A stretch of 64,000 nt of DNA from Candidatus Babelota bacterium (GCA_016871815.1 VHBT01000004.1:5454-69453), one strand, 5' to 3'; numbered from the stretch's first letter, positions 39,949 through 50,624 are shown. The notes: a model not told the origin generated them from the letters alone. Translations and numbers: made by a program.

Positions 39949-40920
39949 TTAATTTTCAGGCTCAACATATTCCGCCAAATCTGAAAGATAGTCTTGCAAA
40001 TCAATTAATTTATCATGGAAAAGCTCTAGATCTTTTTGAGAATATTGATTAAAAGATTTTAAATAAAAAATTTCAGAAAGTTCTCCTAACGTTTCCTTAA
40101 CTTGCGCAACCATTTTTTCTGGTAATTGTTTTTCGTATCTTTCGATAGCGATCTGCAATTCTTGTTCGATAAACTCAAAAACTCTTATTTCATGGCTTCC
40201 ATAATAAAATTTTTTAGATGCAGACCCTACACAAAAAGCGCTAAGATCTTGAAAATTATTTAACACACTGCATCCAAGAGCCGTTATTAAGCTAATTTTA
40301 AGATTAGAAATAAATTGAAATCCTACGTCGTGTATAAAAAAAGAAATTATTACACAGAGAGGTAGAATAGTCACCAGCGCAGGACAAGCCTCTTTTCCTA
40401 TCAAAATTAACAGTCTCAATCCCTTAAGGGCCTCTTTTGATTGTTTCCACGATAAAATCGTTCGTGGAGAAATCGAGTAAATCGTTTTTAATCGCTTTTG
40501 CATTTCAGCAACTGTTTTACACTTCCACAATTCCGAGCGCAGGTTTATTACTCCATTCGGCTCGAATCGCTTGCGAGCATAAAGAGGTTCAAGATAGTGC
40601 ATCTTCTGCATTAAAAACAACGCATACAAACGCGTTTTTTCTGCTTCAGTTGCTTTTGCTTGCGAAATCAATTGCAACATAAAATAATCACTTGAATGTG
40701 CTCCCAGCATATCTTTTATCTCTTGATTTTCTGGAGAAGCTCCAAACCTAACAAGCCCTCGAGCATACTCTCGCTCTTTTGAAAGCAAAATTAATCTAAG
40801 ATTTGTATAAGAAAATGCCTGACCTTCAAAACAAACTCCCTCATCTGCAAGAGATATTTCGCATGGGGCTTGAGAAGCAAAGCCAAACAAAGTAAAGAAA
40901 AATACAAGCATAAAAAACAT
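39949..40920 (-). CDS. Hypothetical secreted/membrane protein
   Basis: The ATG at 40920 follows GGAG. Hydrophobic N-terminus and an internal hydrophobic pair (ALVTILPLCVIISFFIH ... LITALGCSVL). Confidence 0.5.
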   Translation of the reverse strand: MFFMLVFFFTLFGFASQAPCEISLADEGVCFEGQAFSYTNLRLILLSKEREYARGLVRFGASPENQEIKDMLGAHSSDYFMLQLISQAKATEAEKTRLYALFLMQKMHYLEPLYARKRFEPNGVINLRSELWKCKTVAEMQKRLKTIYSISPRTILSWKQSKEALKGLRLLILIGKEACPALVTILPLCVIISFFIHDVGFQFISNLKISLITALGCSVLNNFQDLSAFCVGSASKKFYYGSHEIRVFEFIEQELQIAIERYEKQLPEKMVAQVKETLGELSEIFYLKSFNQYSQKDLELFHDKLIDLQDYLSDLAEYVEPEN

Positions 40921-41057
40921 GCTAATCTCCAAATACCAAAAAGAAGCTAAATCCAGATTAGCATTTTATGCAAAACAACCCATTCTTGAGTTTTTTAAGT
41001 TAAAAATATCTATAAAAAATACTTTTTGAGCACATCGGGTTTTCACCCTGTAATACT

Positions 41058-41882
41058 CTACTCAAAATAGGCCTTAAACCGCGTAATCGCCTTTATGTAT
41101 AACGTATTTACAACTACGATCGGCAGAAGTCCAGTCAAAATACTTACTCCCATTCGACAAGCCACAAGAAGTAAATACATGATTCCACTTACAAGCATTG
41201 TAAAAATGCCCATTTCCGAAAATAATGCTGTAAAAAGCTGAACAACAAAGGACGTAAGCCCCGCCAGGGAATAAAAAGAAATCTCAAAAAGCCCCTGAAC
41301 GATAATAATAATCGGCAAAAAACGTAAATATGAAAGTAAGCCCCTTTTGATAGACAAACGAAGATCAACCGCTGTTGGTTCTGCATCAAAAAAGAAGAGC
41401 ATCGCAAATGTCCAGGCGCCAATAAATGGTGAAAACAGATGAGTTGCCATAAAAAAAGAATAAATAGGGAAGAAAAGCACAACAAATAAAAAGTATTTCG
41501 AAAAAATTTGTATGAAATACAAAATACCTTTTTCTTCTTGTGTAGGACGCGCAAAAAGAACAATAACAATTGAAAAAAGATATGAACTTATAAAATTAAC
41601 GAGCAACAACAAAAAAATTCCGCTCATTGAAAGATTTACCGGCGCAAATCCTCGCAAAAAATCATAGATGCCACTAAAGCCCAACGATTGTAATGTGGGC
41701 ATAAAAACAAGTGGTAATACAATTCCAAGCGCCATTAAAAACGCTCCAAAAAGCCAAAAGTGATTGAATAGCGACCAAATAACTCTTTGAGCATTCAAGA
41801 AAGATATTAAAAAAATATTTTTTAATTCATGCCAAACAAGCAATTCGAGACATGGTGCAAAAAAAACCTTCACCCAATTCAT
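41058..41882 (-). CDS. Hypothetical multi-pass membrane protein
   Basis: 274 aa with about 6-7 hydrophobic segments. No family recognised. Confidence 0.5.
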   Translation of the reverse strand: MNWVKVFFAPCLELLVWHELKNIFLISFLNAQRVIWSLFNHFWLFGAFLMALGIVLPLVFMPTLQSLGFSGIYDFLRGFAPVNLSMSGIFLLLLVNFISSYLFSIVIVLFARPTQEEKGILYFIQIFSKYFLFVVLFFPIYSFFMATHLFSPFIGAWTFAMLFFFDAEPTAVDLRLSIKRGLLSYLRFLPIIIIVQGLFEISFYSLAGLTSFVVQLFTALFSEMGIFTMLVSGIMYLLLVACRMGVSILTGLLPIVVVNTLYIKAITRFKAYFE

Positions 41883-42080
41883 ACACCCATACTCCTAAAA
41901 ATTTTTTATCCAATTTCAAAAAACTCGTCACAATAGCCATTATCAGAAAAGTTTTGACACATTGTCATTTTATCATGTATGGTCAAAAAGAGAAATTCGA
42001 CTACCACTTCATATAGTCAAGACCCTCAAAACTCGATATCCTGCTTACAGTCTAAAACTATATTTAAATCGGAAAACACT

Positions 42081-44354
42081 ATGGCAGGCAACGGAAAAGA
42101 TTCGCAATCATCTGACTCAAACTCTCAAAAACTTATTATTGTAGAATCTCCTGGAAAAATAAAAACCATTTCTAAGTTTTTAGATAGCAACTTTAAAGTT
42201 GTTTCCACCGTTGGCCACATCAAAGACCTTCCTGAAAAAAAGCTTGGTGTTTCAATCGATGAAAAAACAGGTTTGATAGAACTTGAATACGTCGCCCTCA
42301 GCGGAAAACAAACAGTTATCACTGATATTTGCAAACAAGCTGTAAAATGCAGTGAAATCTTCCTCGCAGCCGATCCGGATCGCGAAGGAGAAATTATTGC
42401 GTGGCACATTGGCGAAGAAATCGCAAAAGTTTTAAAAAACAAAGCTAAAATCCATAGAATTTCATTTAACGAAATCACAAAACCTGCCGTCCTTGAAGCT
42501 GTGCAAAATAAACGCGATATCGATATGGCAAAAGTAGAAGCTCAGCAAGCTCGTCGCGTACTTGACCGCTGGGTTGGGTATGAGGTTTCGCCTCTTTTGT
42601 GGAAAAAAATCACCAAAGGCCTTTCTGCTGGACGCGTGCAATCTGCAGCTGTTTTACTGATTTGCAATCGCGAAGAAGAGATCCGAAACTTTAAACCAGA
42701 AGAATCATGGTCTGTTCATGTCTTGTTCTCGGTTGGCAAAGAAACACTGCTCGCTGAACTCTTTAAAATCAAACAAAAAGCAGCAAAAATTAAAACCGAA
42801 AAAGATGCGCTTGAAATTGTAAAAAGTATTCAAGAGACGCTTTTTTCTATCACAACGATCACGGAAAAAGATCGCCTACGAAATGCCCTGCCTCCATTTA
42901 TGACCAGCACACTCCAGCAAGATGCCTACAATAAGCTTGGTTTTTCTGTAGACAAAACAATGACGCTTGCTCAAAAACTGTACGAAGGGGTTGCTCTTTC
43001 AGACCCTAACAGCCCTGAAGCGCTGATTACCTACATGCGAACCGACTCGCTGCGTATTTCCGACACGGCACTTGATGAAGCAAAAAAATATATCGTCGGC
43101 CAATATGGCAAAGAATTTTATCCCTCAAAAACTAATATTTACTCAAAAAGCGGAGCTCAAGACGCCCACGAAGCAATTCGTCCAATTAGCGTAAATATTT
43201 CGCCCGAAAAGGTAAGTGCATTTGTCGAACCAGACCTTGCAAAACTCTACAAACTGATTTGGCAACGATTTGTCTCCTCCCAGATGGCGCCAGCTAAATA
43301 TTTTCAACGACAAATATTAATCGACGGCAAAGAGTACACTCTCAAAGCAACTGGCTCTACGCTCGTTTTTGAGGGCTGCTTAAAAGTCTACTCAGTCGAA
43401 GAAGAAGGCGACGAAGAACAAACAACAAAAATTCCAAAAGCAATAGCAGTTGGACAATCGCTTGAACAAAAAGAAGTTTCTAAGAAACAGCATTTTACAC
43501 AACCTCCAGCTCGCTACACAGAAGCAACCATGATTAAAGAGCTCGAAAAACGTGGAATTGGTCGCCCAAGTACCTTTATGGCAACCCTTTCAACGATTCA
43601 AAAGCGTGGATACGTCAATAAAAATGCTAAGCGATTTCAACCAACAGAACTTGGCGAAACAGTTAATGGATTTCTCACAAAAAACCTTCCCGATATTTTC
43701 AACATTACCTTTACCGCAACGATGGAAGAAGATCTGGATAAAATTGCAAACAATGAAGCAAAGCGCGATGCGGTGCTTAAGCTTTTTTACCAAAAACTTA
43801 AAGAAGATTTAGAAAAATTAGGCGAAGTCCCAAAAGGAAAAACAACAGTCATAACCGATATCGATTGCCCAAAATGTGGCAAAAAAATGGCGATTAGATT
43901 CGGAAAAGGACAACAGTTCCTGGGATGTACCGGCTTTCCAGAATGCAGTACGACTTCAAAATTTGAACGTGACGAACAAGGCAAAATTACATTAATCGAA
44001 CAAGAACCTCTGCCAACAGTTGATGAAAACTGTCCAAAATGTGGTACCGGAATGGTTACGCGGATTGGACGATATGGACCATTTATCGCCTGTCCAGGAT
44101 ATCCAAAATGCTCCTACATTAAACAAGAAGTATTTGAGCATCCATGCCCAAGCTGTGGCAACTCAATTGGCAAAAAAACCTGGAAAAATGGTGTCTTTTG
44201 GGGCTGTAATTCGCATCCAAAATGTACCGTTGCGTTCTCTGGAGAAATTAGAAACACCCCATGCCCGCAATGCAATACCCCGTTCTTGGTCTATGGACCA
44301 AGAACAGGATTAAAGTGCTGCAAATTGGGTTGCCCATTTGTTTCTCAAGAATAA
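42081..44354 (+). CDS. topA: DNA topoisomerase I
   Basis: Toprim LIIVESPGKIKTISKFL, active-site region ITYMRTDS, and multiple C-terminal CxxC...CxxC zinc ribbons. The ATG at 41979 is an alternative start. Confidence 0.95.
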   Translation: MAGNGKDSQSSDSNSQKLIIVESPGKIKTISKFLDSNFKVVSTVGHIKDLPEKKLGVSIDEKTGLIELEYVALSGKQTVITDICKQAVKCSEIFLAADPDREGEIIAWHIGEEIAKVLKNKAKIHRISFNEITKPAVLEAVQNKRDIDMAKVEAQQARRVLDRWVGYEVSPLLWKKITKGLSAGRVQSAAVLLICNREEEIRNFKPEESWSVHVLFSVGKETLLAELFKIKQKAAKIKTEKDALEIVKSIQETLFSITTITEKDRLRNALPPFMTSTLQQDAYNKLGFSVDKTMTLAQKLYEGVALSDPNSPEALITYMRTDSLRISDTALDEAKKYIVGQYGKEFYPSKTNIYSKSGAQDAHEAIRPISVNISPEKVSAFVEPDLAKLYKLIWQRFVSSQMAPAKYFQRQILIDGKEYTLKATGSTLVFEGCLKVYSVEEEGDEEQTTKIPKAIAVGQSLEQKEVSKKQHFTQPPARYTEATMIKELEKRGIGRPSTFMATLSTIQKRGYVNKNAKRFQPTELGETVNGFLTKNLPDIFNITFTATMEEDLDKIANNEAKRDAVLKLFYQKLKEDLEKLGEVPKGKTTVITDIDCPKCGKKMAIRFGKGQQFLGCTGFPECSTTSKFERDEQGKITLIEQEPLPTVDENCPKCGTGMVTRIGRYGPFIACPGYPKCSYIKQEVFEHPCPSCGNSIGKKTWKNGVFWGCNSHPKCTVAFSGEIRNTPCPQCNTPFLVYGPRTGLKCCKLGCPFVSQE

Positions 44355-44374
44355 AAATTGTTAGCGACACAAGC

Positions 44375-44410
44375 AAAATTGACCAGCTATTAATACCTGG
44401 TCAATTTTAT
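44375..44410. terminator. Terminator hairpin between convergent genes
   Basis: Stem ATTGACCAG (44378-44386) / CTGGTCAAT (44397-44405), followed by TTTTAT. Confidence 0.65.
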
Positions 44411-44447
44411 TATTAATTACAAAAGCCATAAGCGCATAATGAATTTA

Positions 44448-45494
44448 TCAAGATACTAAGTTATACTTCCATCGAATGTCATCGGCAGTCTTTTTACAAT
44501 GAACGACCAACTCATCAAATGTTTTTTTCATGAATAAAGAAGACGTGGAAATTAGGTTTTTATTTAATAAAAATTCTATGTTCGCATAAGGATCCAAGAA
44601 ACAAATAATTTCATCTTGAGGAAAATCCGCTTCTATTTGAAGCTGCACACAAACCCCTTGCCTGTTTACATAATTATTAACGGGAAATTCTCCCCAGGCC
44701 ACAATCATGTTACACGCCACAGCCAACTTTAAGGCGAAATGCTTGCGTGATCCAAAAAACCCCAAAAGATTTGGGTACTTATTATCAAAATACGCTTGAG
44801 CAAAAAGCTGCTCTGAAGATGAATTGTCTGCTGAATCAAGAGAAAAAGTTTTTCTCTCGTGCTCTGCTAATAATGAGACCCTATCCCTAATCAACAACGG
44901 CTTACTATCTTTCAGGGCATATTGAGCAACTGAATAGTCACCTCTCAAATAACGGCATGACAATAAATCAACTATATCTTCTTCTACTATTGGCTTTAGG
45001 TAATCATCTGCAATAACGATTAATGGAGCAAGCTCACAATTCCATCTTGCAAAGTCAAGAGCCCTTAAAGCCGCAACAAAGCGCTTATCTCTCAGCACGC
45101 CCTCTGAAATAATAAAAATAAACCTCGCTCCACATTCTCTGTATGGTAAATCACGAGAAAAGCGCGGATGATAGCCGCCATGATATCTCGTAACATCATC
45201 TAAGTTGTCTAGCGCACTTACATCACTCAACGCGCAAACATAATATGCAAATCTATTAACTCCACTTTCGTAATTCCATTTTTGCTGAGGATCGTTCGCC
45301 CCATTAAAATAAATTGATGCAATTTTTGCGGCCGGATGAGACTTGGTAAGCTCAGTTATTACTGCATCCATAAGTTTTTGAATATCAAGGGCTACCTGCA
45401 CAGAAGCCTGAGGAGAGCTCGACGGATACACATGAGCCACCCAAGTTACAACACCAACTATCACCAATAAAAAAGCTAGTACTGTTTTTTTCAC
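44448..45494 (-). CDS. Hypothetical secreted protein, family C (paralog of 47323-48975)
   Basis: Signal MKKTVLAFLLVIVGVVTWVAHV. Collinear similarity to the N-terminal ~350 aa of the 550-aa protein (motifs in findings). Confidence 0.6.
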   Translation of the reverse strand: MKKTVLAFLLVIVGVVTWVAHVYPSSSPQASVQVALDIQKLMDAVITELTKSHPAAKIASIYFNGANDPQQKWNYESGVNRFAYYVCALSDVSALDNLDDVTRYHGGYHPRFSRDLPYRECGARFIFIISEGVLRDKRFVAALRALDFARWNCELAPLIVIADDYLKPIVEEDIVDLLSCRYLRGDYSVAQYALKDSKPLLIRDRVSLLAEHERKTFSLDSADNSSSEQLFAQAYFDNKYPNLLGFFGSRKHFALKLAVACNMIVAWGEFPVNNYVNRQGVCVQLQIEADFPQDEIICFLDPYANIEFLLNKNLISTSSLFMKKTFDELVVHCKKTADDIRWKYNLVS

Positions 45495-45624
45495 TTTATT
45501 AATACCTTTTTTGCATCAAAATTACATTTAAAGTGTAGCATATTTGTTATTTAAGTATTTTTTATTTAAAAATCATGCAAAAAAACATTTTTAACGCTAT
45601 TTAACGACCAAAAAAATTTCAAGA

Positions 45625-46110
45625 TCAGTTATTCATCCAGATAAACCAATTCAGGTACATTGCAAAAAAGAGCCAAAAAGCGTATGGAGCGAATAAGAAA
45701 GAAATATTTTTTGTTCGCTCATCTGTATACAGCTCATAAATCAAAAAACAAACCGTAAAGACAAGCGCAATCAAACAAATGAGGGCCGCTCCAATTGATT
45801 TATACGCAAAAAACAATGGCGACCAGGACCAATTCAAAATTAACTGAAAAACATACAATTTTTTTACCAAGGTTAAATCAAAAATAATCCCAAGATCCCA
45901 AATCATCCAACCCCCAAGCGCAATCAAAATGTATAAAATCGGCCAGACAATACCAAACGTATAATTGGGAGGAGTCAACGGCGATCGATTGATATGCTCG
46001 TACCAATCTGGAATAGCACCCCTGGTTATTTTTCCAAGAACAAAACTCATTGCTAATAAAACAAAAATCCAGACAAAAAGCTGCGCTGCTTTTTTAAAAT
46101 TAATCATCAT
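45625..46110 (-). CDS. tspO: TspO/MBR-family tryptophan-rich sensory protein
   Basis: 161 aa with 5 TM segments. Trp-rich motifs PPNYTFGIVWPILYILIALGGWMIW and LNWSWSPLFF. Confidence 0.8.
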   Translation of the reverse strand: MMINFKKAAQLFVWIFVLLAMSFVLGKITRGAIPDWYEHINRSPLTPPNYTFGIVWPILYILIALGGWMIWDLGIIFDLTLVKKLYVFQLILNWSWSPLFFAYKSIGAALICLIALVFTVCFLIYELYTDERTKNISFLFAPYAFWLFFAMYLNWFIWMNN

Positions 46111-46205
46111 AAAAAGTCTCTTAACTTCTAATTAATACAAAATTAAGGTAAACCCGATGAATCTAAAAATTAAACATTCTTTATAAAAAGATTATTAAGT
46201 TACGG

Positions 46206-47090
46206 CTATTTTTTAAAATCAGCTAACGAGTAATTGTTAAACAAAGCTATTTCTGCGTTCTTTTTAGTAAGTACTGTAGAAAAATCTTTCCAAAGCAAAC
46301 GGCCAAATCTTTGTGTAACAAAAATACTTAAACCCAAAAAAGCAAACAGTCGCGCATAATTTCCCCATGCATTTCTTTCTTGAGTTGAATATCGTTTGTA
46401 TATCTCTTCGCTACCAGCAATTGTCATCATTATTCCCGCAAAGCAAATAAACAGATTTGTTATTCCAACAATACCTAAAGATGATTTTTGCCCGAGGTTA
46501 AAAAGAATACTAAGTAAAACAAACTTAATTTCTTCATTACACTCCGGATTTTCAGATTCCATCACCAAGCGAGCTGATAAGAATTTATTTTCGTGCTGCT
46601 CTATGACCAAAAACACTTTAATGAGTTGCAATTCTGTTTTAATAAAAAAAGTAGTAGATTTTTTTTCCTGCCAAGCCTGCAAAATCAATTTCTTTAATCT
46701 ATCCAAACCATCTGATTTTGCGGTAGCAATATTCACACTTATTTCAGTTGCTATGGATGGCTTTGAAAACCAATAAAAATAAGTATTAATAGCCTGTAAG
46801 TCCTGCTCGGATGACAAATCTACGGTCAAAACCGTATTTTCCTCACCAAAAGACTCCCTGTTTGGTATACCTGCTCCTTGCTCTACCCCAACAAGACAAA
46901 TTTCGCCAGACAGCTGATATGCTCCATAAAACTCAAGCCCATTAGCTAATGTCTTTCTGAGATAGGTTGATGGACCCTGTGCAGCATGAGTAGAAACCAC
47001 AGCTTCTTCGCTTACATCGTTCTCGTGAACAATATCGCTGCCAAAAACAGGTGAAAGGAAAACAAAAAAGATCAAAATATATTTATTCAT
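46206..47090 (-). CDS. Hypothetical secreted/membrane protein
   Basis: 294-aa ORF with signal MNKYILIFFVFLSPVFG and two hydrophobic segments near the C-terminus. Confidence 0.5.
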   Translation of the reverse strand: MNKYILIFFVFLSPVFGSDIVHENDVSEEAVVSTHAAQGPSTYLRKTLANGLEFYGAYQLSGEICLVGVEQGAGIPNRESFGEENTVLTVDLSSEQDLQAINTYFYWFSKPSIATEISVNIATAKSDGLDRLKKLILQAWQEKKSTTFFIKTELQLIKVFLVIEQHENKFLSARLVMESENPECNEEIKFVLLSILFNLGQKSSLGIVGITNLFICFAGIMMTIAGSEEIYKRYSTQERNAWGNYARLFAFLGLSIFVTQRFGRLLWKDFSTVLTKKNAEIALFNNYSLADFKK

Positions 47091-47322
47091 AGAGGTTACA
47101 AGTTACTTAAAAACAGATCTAATATACTAAAAATATAACAAATAAACGTTATTTAAAGCCTCAAAGCACAACCTAAAAAACAAACCCTTTATTGTGAAAA
47201 AACGCTCTACAATTTGATTCAGACTGAATCAAATTGATCAAAAACAATAAAATGTTGAATAAAAATTACATCACCCGGCATGAGACAAACAACATGCAGT
47301 GCAAAAATATTGGCGATAAGAG

Positions 47323-48975
47323 TTATTTAGAAAAATATTTAGCAGTATTTCGAGCTCTTTTGATAACCTCATCAAGAAACGCTTCTTTGGTTTTTGGGAC
47401 TCTTTTTATATCTTTCGTAAAAATGCGCTCACGAACATGATAGGTAGGAAATTCAGCATATTTTTCTGGGCGAGACCAAAAGTTGTATTCCAAATAATCT
47501 TCTCGATCAAGAACAATAATTTTTTGATTCGCATTTTTATACGTTCTGTCTTTGTAGTAAGGAATATCAAAATCTCTTAACGTATCTCTCGACCGATGTA
47601 TTTTCTGTCCTTCTTCCAATGTTTGCCATTCGCCACTTGTAAGCACCACAATAGTTAGCTTGCCTCCACGCGGTTTAATTCCAGCAATTTTTTCTTTATC
47701 GTCACACCGCACAACCGCAAACTCACGACCAACTTTTACTTTTAAATCTTTAAACAACTGCTGCATGGTGTAGGTAACTGCAAGATTTTCTTCTTCGTCT
47801 GTGAATTTTTTAACACCATCGATCATTTGCTTTTTTTCAATAGCTTCTTTGCATAATGCAACCAAGCCCTCAAAGGTCGAAGGCTCACTTGAAAAGTCAC
47901 CCGTTAATAGTGTGTCTCGATTAAACTTGAAGGTCATGGAATGTGAATCCAAAAAACAAACTATCTCATTTTCAGGGGCTGAAGCATAATAAGCATGGCG
48001 TTCTTCATACAAATTATACCGCGAAATATTGCCATTTTTGCTTACATAACAACAATAAGACGGCTGCCTTTGAGAACCTGAATCCGGTTGTTCATATTCC
48101 CCAACTTCATTCCAAGACACTGTCATGTTACACGTTTTTGCTAATTTAACTGCGATATATTGTTGAGATCCACCAGTTACCCTGCGAGCCAATGCTTTAT
48201 TGAAATACGCCTGAGCAAAGCGTTCTTCTGCTGACACTGCGCTCGTACAATCAAGGTTAAAAATCTTTCTCGTGTGTTGTGCTAATCCTTTAAATCCATC
48301 CCGAATTAACACGGGCAAACCATTTTGAAATGCATACTGATCAACAAAAAAAGAATTCCTATAAATATCGCAAAAATTATCACTGGCCAAATCAAGCAAC
48401 ACTTCTTCAGCAACAGGATTATGATAATTCTCTGGAACAATAATCAGTGATTGCAAACCCCGACAACTCATAACTACAGCAGAAAAAGCTGCCACAAAAC
48501 GCCTATCCTTAAGTATGCCTTCTGAAATAATAAGAAAAAAAGTTTTGTATCCTGCAGTGCCTTCTGGGAATGCGCTCAAAAAGCGCGGTACATATTTCGA
48601 ATCAATACTACTAACATCATCTAGAGCAGCTATATCACTCACCGCGCAAACAACCGCAGCCTTATCTACAAGATTACAAACTCTCGTCTGTTCATCATGC
48701 ACCCCATTAAAGTGGATTGTTGCAACAGTATAATAACGGGGAGAAAAGGTTTTATGGTACTCTCCAACAATCGCATGAATAAGTTTTTCCATATCAAGAC
48801 TTACCGCTTGAGCTGATTCAGGCTCACAAGACTTTTCAGCGCCGCCCCCCATACCTACCTCAGCGCATTCCTGCGTCAGACCTTCAGGATTTACATTTTT
48901 TTTGTACACCTGAACCACGCAAGCTGCAGCACAAGCCACCGCAAAAAAGAATACCATTCTTTTTATCTTCATCAC
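47323..48975 (-). CDS. Hypothetical secreted protein, family C with ~200-aa C-terminal extension
   Basis: Signal-like MVFFFAVACAAACVVQV. The N-terminal two thirds are paralogous to 44448-45494. Confidence 0.6.
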   Translation of the reverse strand: MMKIKRMVFFFAVACAAACVVQVYKKNVNPEGLTQECAEVGMGGGAEKSCEPESAQAVSLDMEKLIHAIVGEYHKTFSPRYYTVATIHFNGVHDEQTRVCNLVDKAAVVCAVSDIAALDDVSSIDSKYVPRFLSAFPEGTAGYKTFFLIISEGILKDRRFVAAFSAVVMSCRGLQSLIIVPENYHNPVAEEVLLDLASDNFCDIYRNSFFVDQYAFQNGLPVLIRDGFKGLAQHTRKIFNLDCTSAVSAEERFAQAYFNKALARRVTGGSQQYIAVKLAKTCNMTVSWNEVGEYEQPDSGSQRQPSYCCYVSKNGNISRYNLYEERHAYYASAPENEIVCFLDSHSMTFKFNRDTLLTGDFSSEPSTFEGLVALCKEAIEKKQMIDGVKKFTDEEENLAVTYTMQQLFKDLKVKVGREFAVVRCDDKEKIAGIKPRGGKLTIVVLTSGEWQTLEEGQKIHRSRDTLRDFDIPYYKDRTYKNANQKIIVLDREDYLEYNFWSRPEKYAEFPTYHVRERIFTKDIKRVPKTKEAFLDEVIKRARNTAKYFSK

Positions 48976-48992
48976 TTAATACCCAAATTATC

Positions 48993-50624
48993 TCAACAAA
49001 AACTATGTAAAATACTCAAAAAAATCCAAATAGCTTCGGCGGCAAAAACCCCTGATGCGATCGGCATATATTTTTTATCTTTACCAAGCACTTGGTTAAT
49101 TCCCGCTCCAAATAAAAATGCAAAAACAAGCTCTTTTGGCATCAACAATCCACCAAGAACCATCGATGGTGACATTTTACAAAACCGTAAAACAATTCCA
49201 ACCATGAGGCCAAAAACTAAGCTTAATAAATCAAAATCGAATGATTTTATGAGAAGAGCTCGAGCATATCCGCGAAACCCAAAGAACTCCGCCGAGCCAA
49301 GCTGCAAATGCGAACACAATATAAAAAATCCTGCAACCACAAAAATTGATGCCAAACAAATCGCAGCAACATGAATCCAGTACATTGTCGATCGCTTCAT
49401 TTTTAATTCATCTGCTAATCGATACTGAAAAAGCATGCTGCCAGCAACCGCTCCAGAAATAGAAACAGCCGCAGAAACCAAAACGGCATGAAACGCAGAA
49501 ACTCTAAAAAAAACCAACGCTGGCAACATCACAAATGTTGCAAATCGCCCAAACTGTACCAATCCAATTTGTCCAGCCATCAAAGTCATTTGATATACCG
49601 CAACAAGCACTGCTCCAAACAGAAAAAGTATTAGAAAAGGGTCTTTAATTCCATATGGCCACAAACCCGCTATTGCAAAAAGAGATGCTAGGAAAAAATA
49701 CTCGACCCGAACCGTGCAGCTGATCTTTTTGATAAACGATAAAAAATTTTCACTCTCCGCGGGCTCTCTTTCTGAACTCAAAAAACTGTTAATTTTTTTG
49801 ATCGCAGTTACAACAAATTGCCCACCACCAAAAAGCAAATCGGTCAAAACCAGTCCGCTACTCACAGCAACAAAATATTGCTCAAGAGAAATCGCGTGAA
49901 CTTGATGAGCAAAATAAAAATAATGCACCGGCTTAAACAAGCAATATTTAAGGCAAATCCCTACAAGCAAGCCAATCGCCATAGTCTTGCCTGCGATAAA
50001 CCCAACCGCCCAAATCGTTGGCGTAATAAGCCCTGAAAATAGAGTTGCGCCCCCCTGCACAATACTTGGTACAACTCGCGCACTTGCAAGAATGTTTGCA
50101 AGTTTTCTTATCAAACACAACGCTGCTCCAAGCACCCCCCCCCGCAGCAAGAAAGAAAATTCTTCTTTTTCATGAGATGCGCTAATCGTTGTTTTTACCA
50201 ACTCTGCAACGGGAACCTTAAGGGCTGAATCTTTCAAAAGTGATTGCGCAAAAAAATGCCCAATGAGTAACCCAACCATTCCCCACGTAAAAATAAATAT
50301 GACGACTGGCCCAATGCCAACAAAAGTTCTTGCCTGAAGAATAGTCGTAAAATGCGTTGAATCTATAAAAAAATATGCTGGAAACGTAAACGCAACCGCT
50401 GATGCAATCAAACCGGTCGAGGCCCCAAGCGCTTGAATCCCTGCCAAATTCTGCCCTACGTTTTCAGAAAATATCCCAAAAAGACGCATAAGGGCTGCAG
50501 TTGAAAGGACTATAACTGGCGAGATCCATGGACCGATTCCACTTGAGATCGAGATATAAAGCAAAACAATACTTGCAAGAACAGCAAAGAAGGTTGATAC
50601 TAAAAACATAAAAACTTTGTTCAT
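48993..50624 (-). CDS. Multi-pass membrane transporter, possibly OPT (oligopeptide transporter) family
   Basis: About 540 aa with about 14 or more hydrophobic segments. The general pattern resembles bacterial OPT-type proteins, but this was recalled by eye and not verified. The ATG at 50624 follows AAAGGA. Confidence 0.4.
   Translation of the reverse strand: MNKVFMFLVSTFFAVLASIVLLYISISSGIGPWISPVIVLSTAALMRLFGIFSENVGQNLAGIQALGASTGLIASAVAFTFPAYFFIDSTHFTTILQARTFVGIGPVVIFIFTWGMVGLLIGHFFAQSLLKDSALKVPVAELVKTTISASHEKEEFSFLLRGGVLGAALCLIRKLANILASARVVPSIVQGGATLFSGLITPTIWAVGFIAGKTMAIGLLVGICLKYCLFKPVHYFYFAHQVHAISLEQYFVAVSSGLVLTDLLFGGGQFVVTAIKKINSFLSSEREPAESENFLSFIKKISCTVRVEYFFLASLFAIAGLWPYGIKDPFLILFLFGAVLVAVYQMTLMAGQIGLVQFGRFATFVMLPALVFFRVSAFHAVLVSAAVSISGAVAGSMLFQYRLADELKMKRSTMYWIHVAAICLASIFVVAGFFILCSHLQLGSAEFFGFRGYARALLIKSFDFDLLSLVFGLMVGIVLRFCKMSPSMVLGGLLMPKELVFAFLFGAGINQVLGKDKKYMPIASGVFAAEAIWIFLSILHSFC

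Noticed and set aside
47210-47236. Perfect 13-bp inverted repeat CAATTTGATTCAG-A-CTGAATCAAATTG as an operator or mobile-element end
   Set aside because: It is a single copy and AT-rich, and it lies just downstream of the 47323 gene's stop. It is most simply a weak terminator hairpin.
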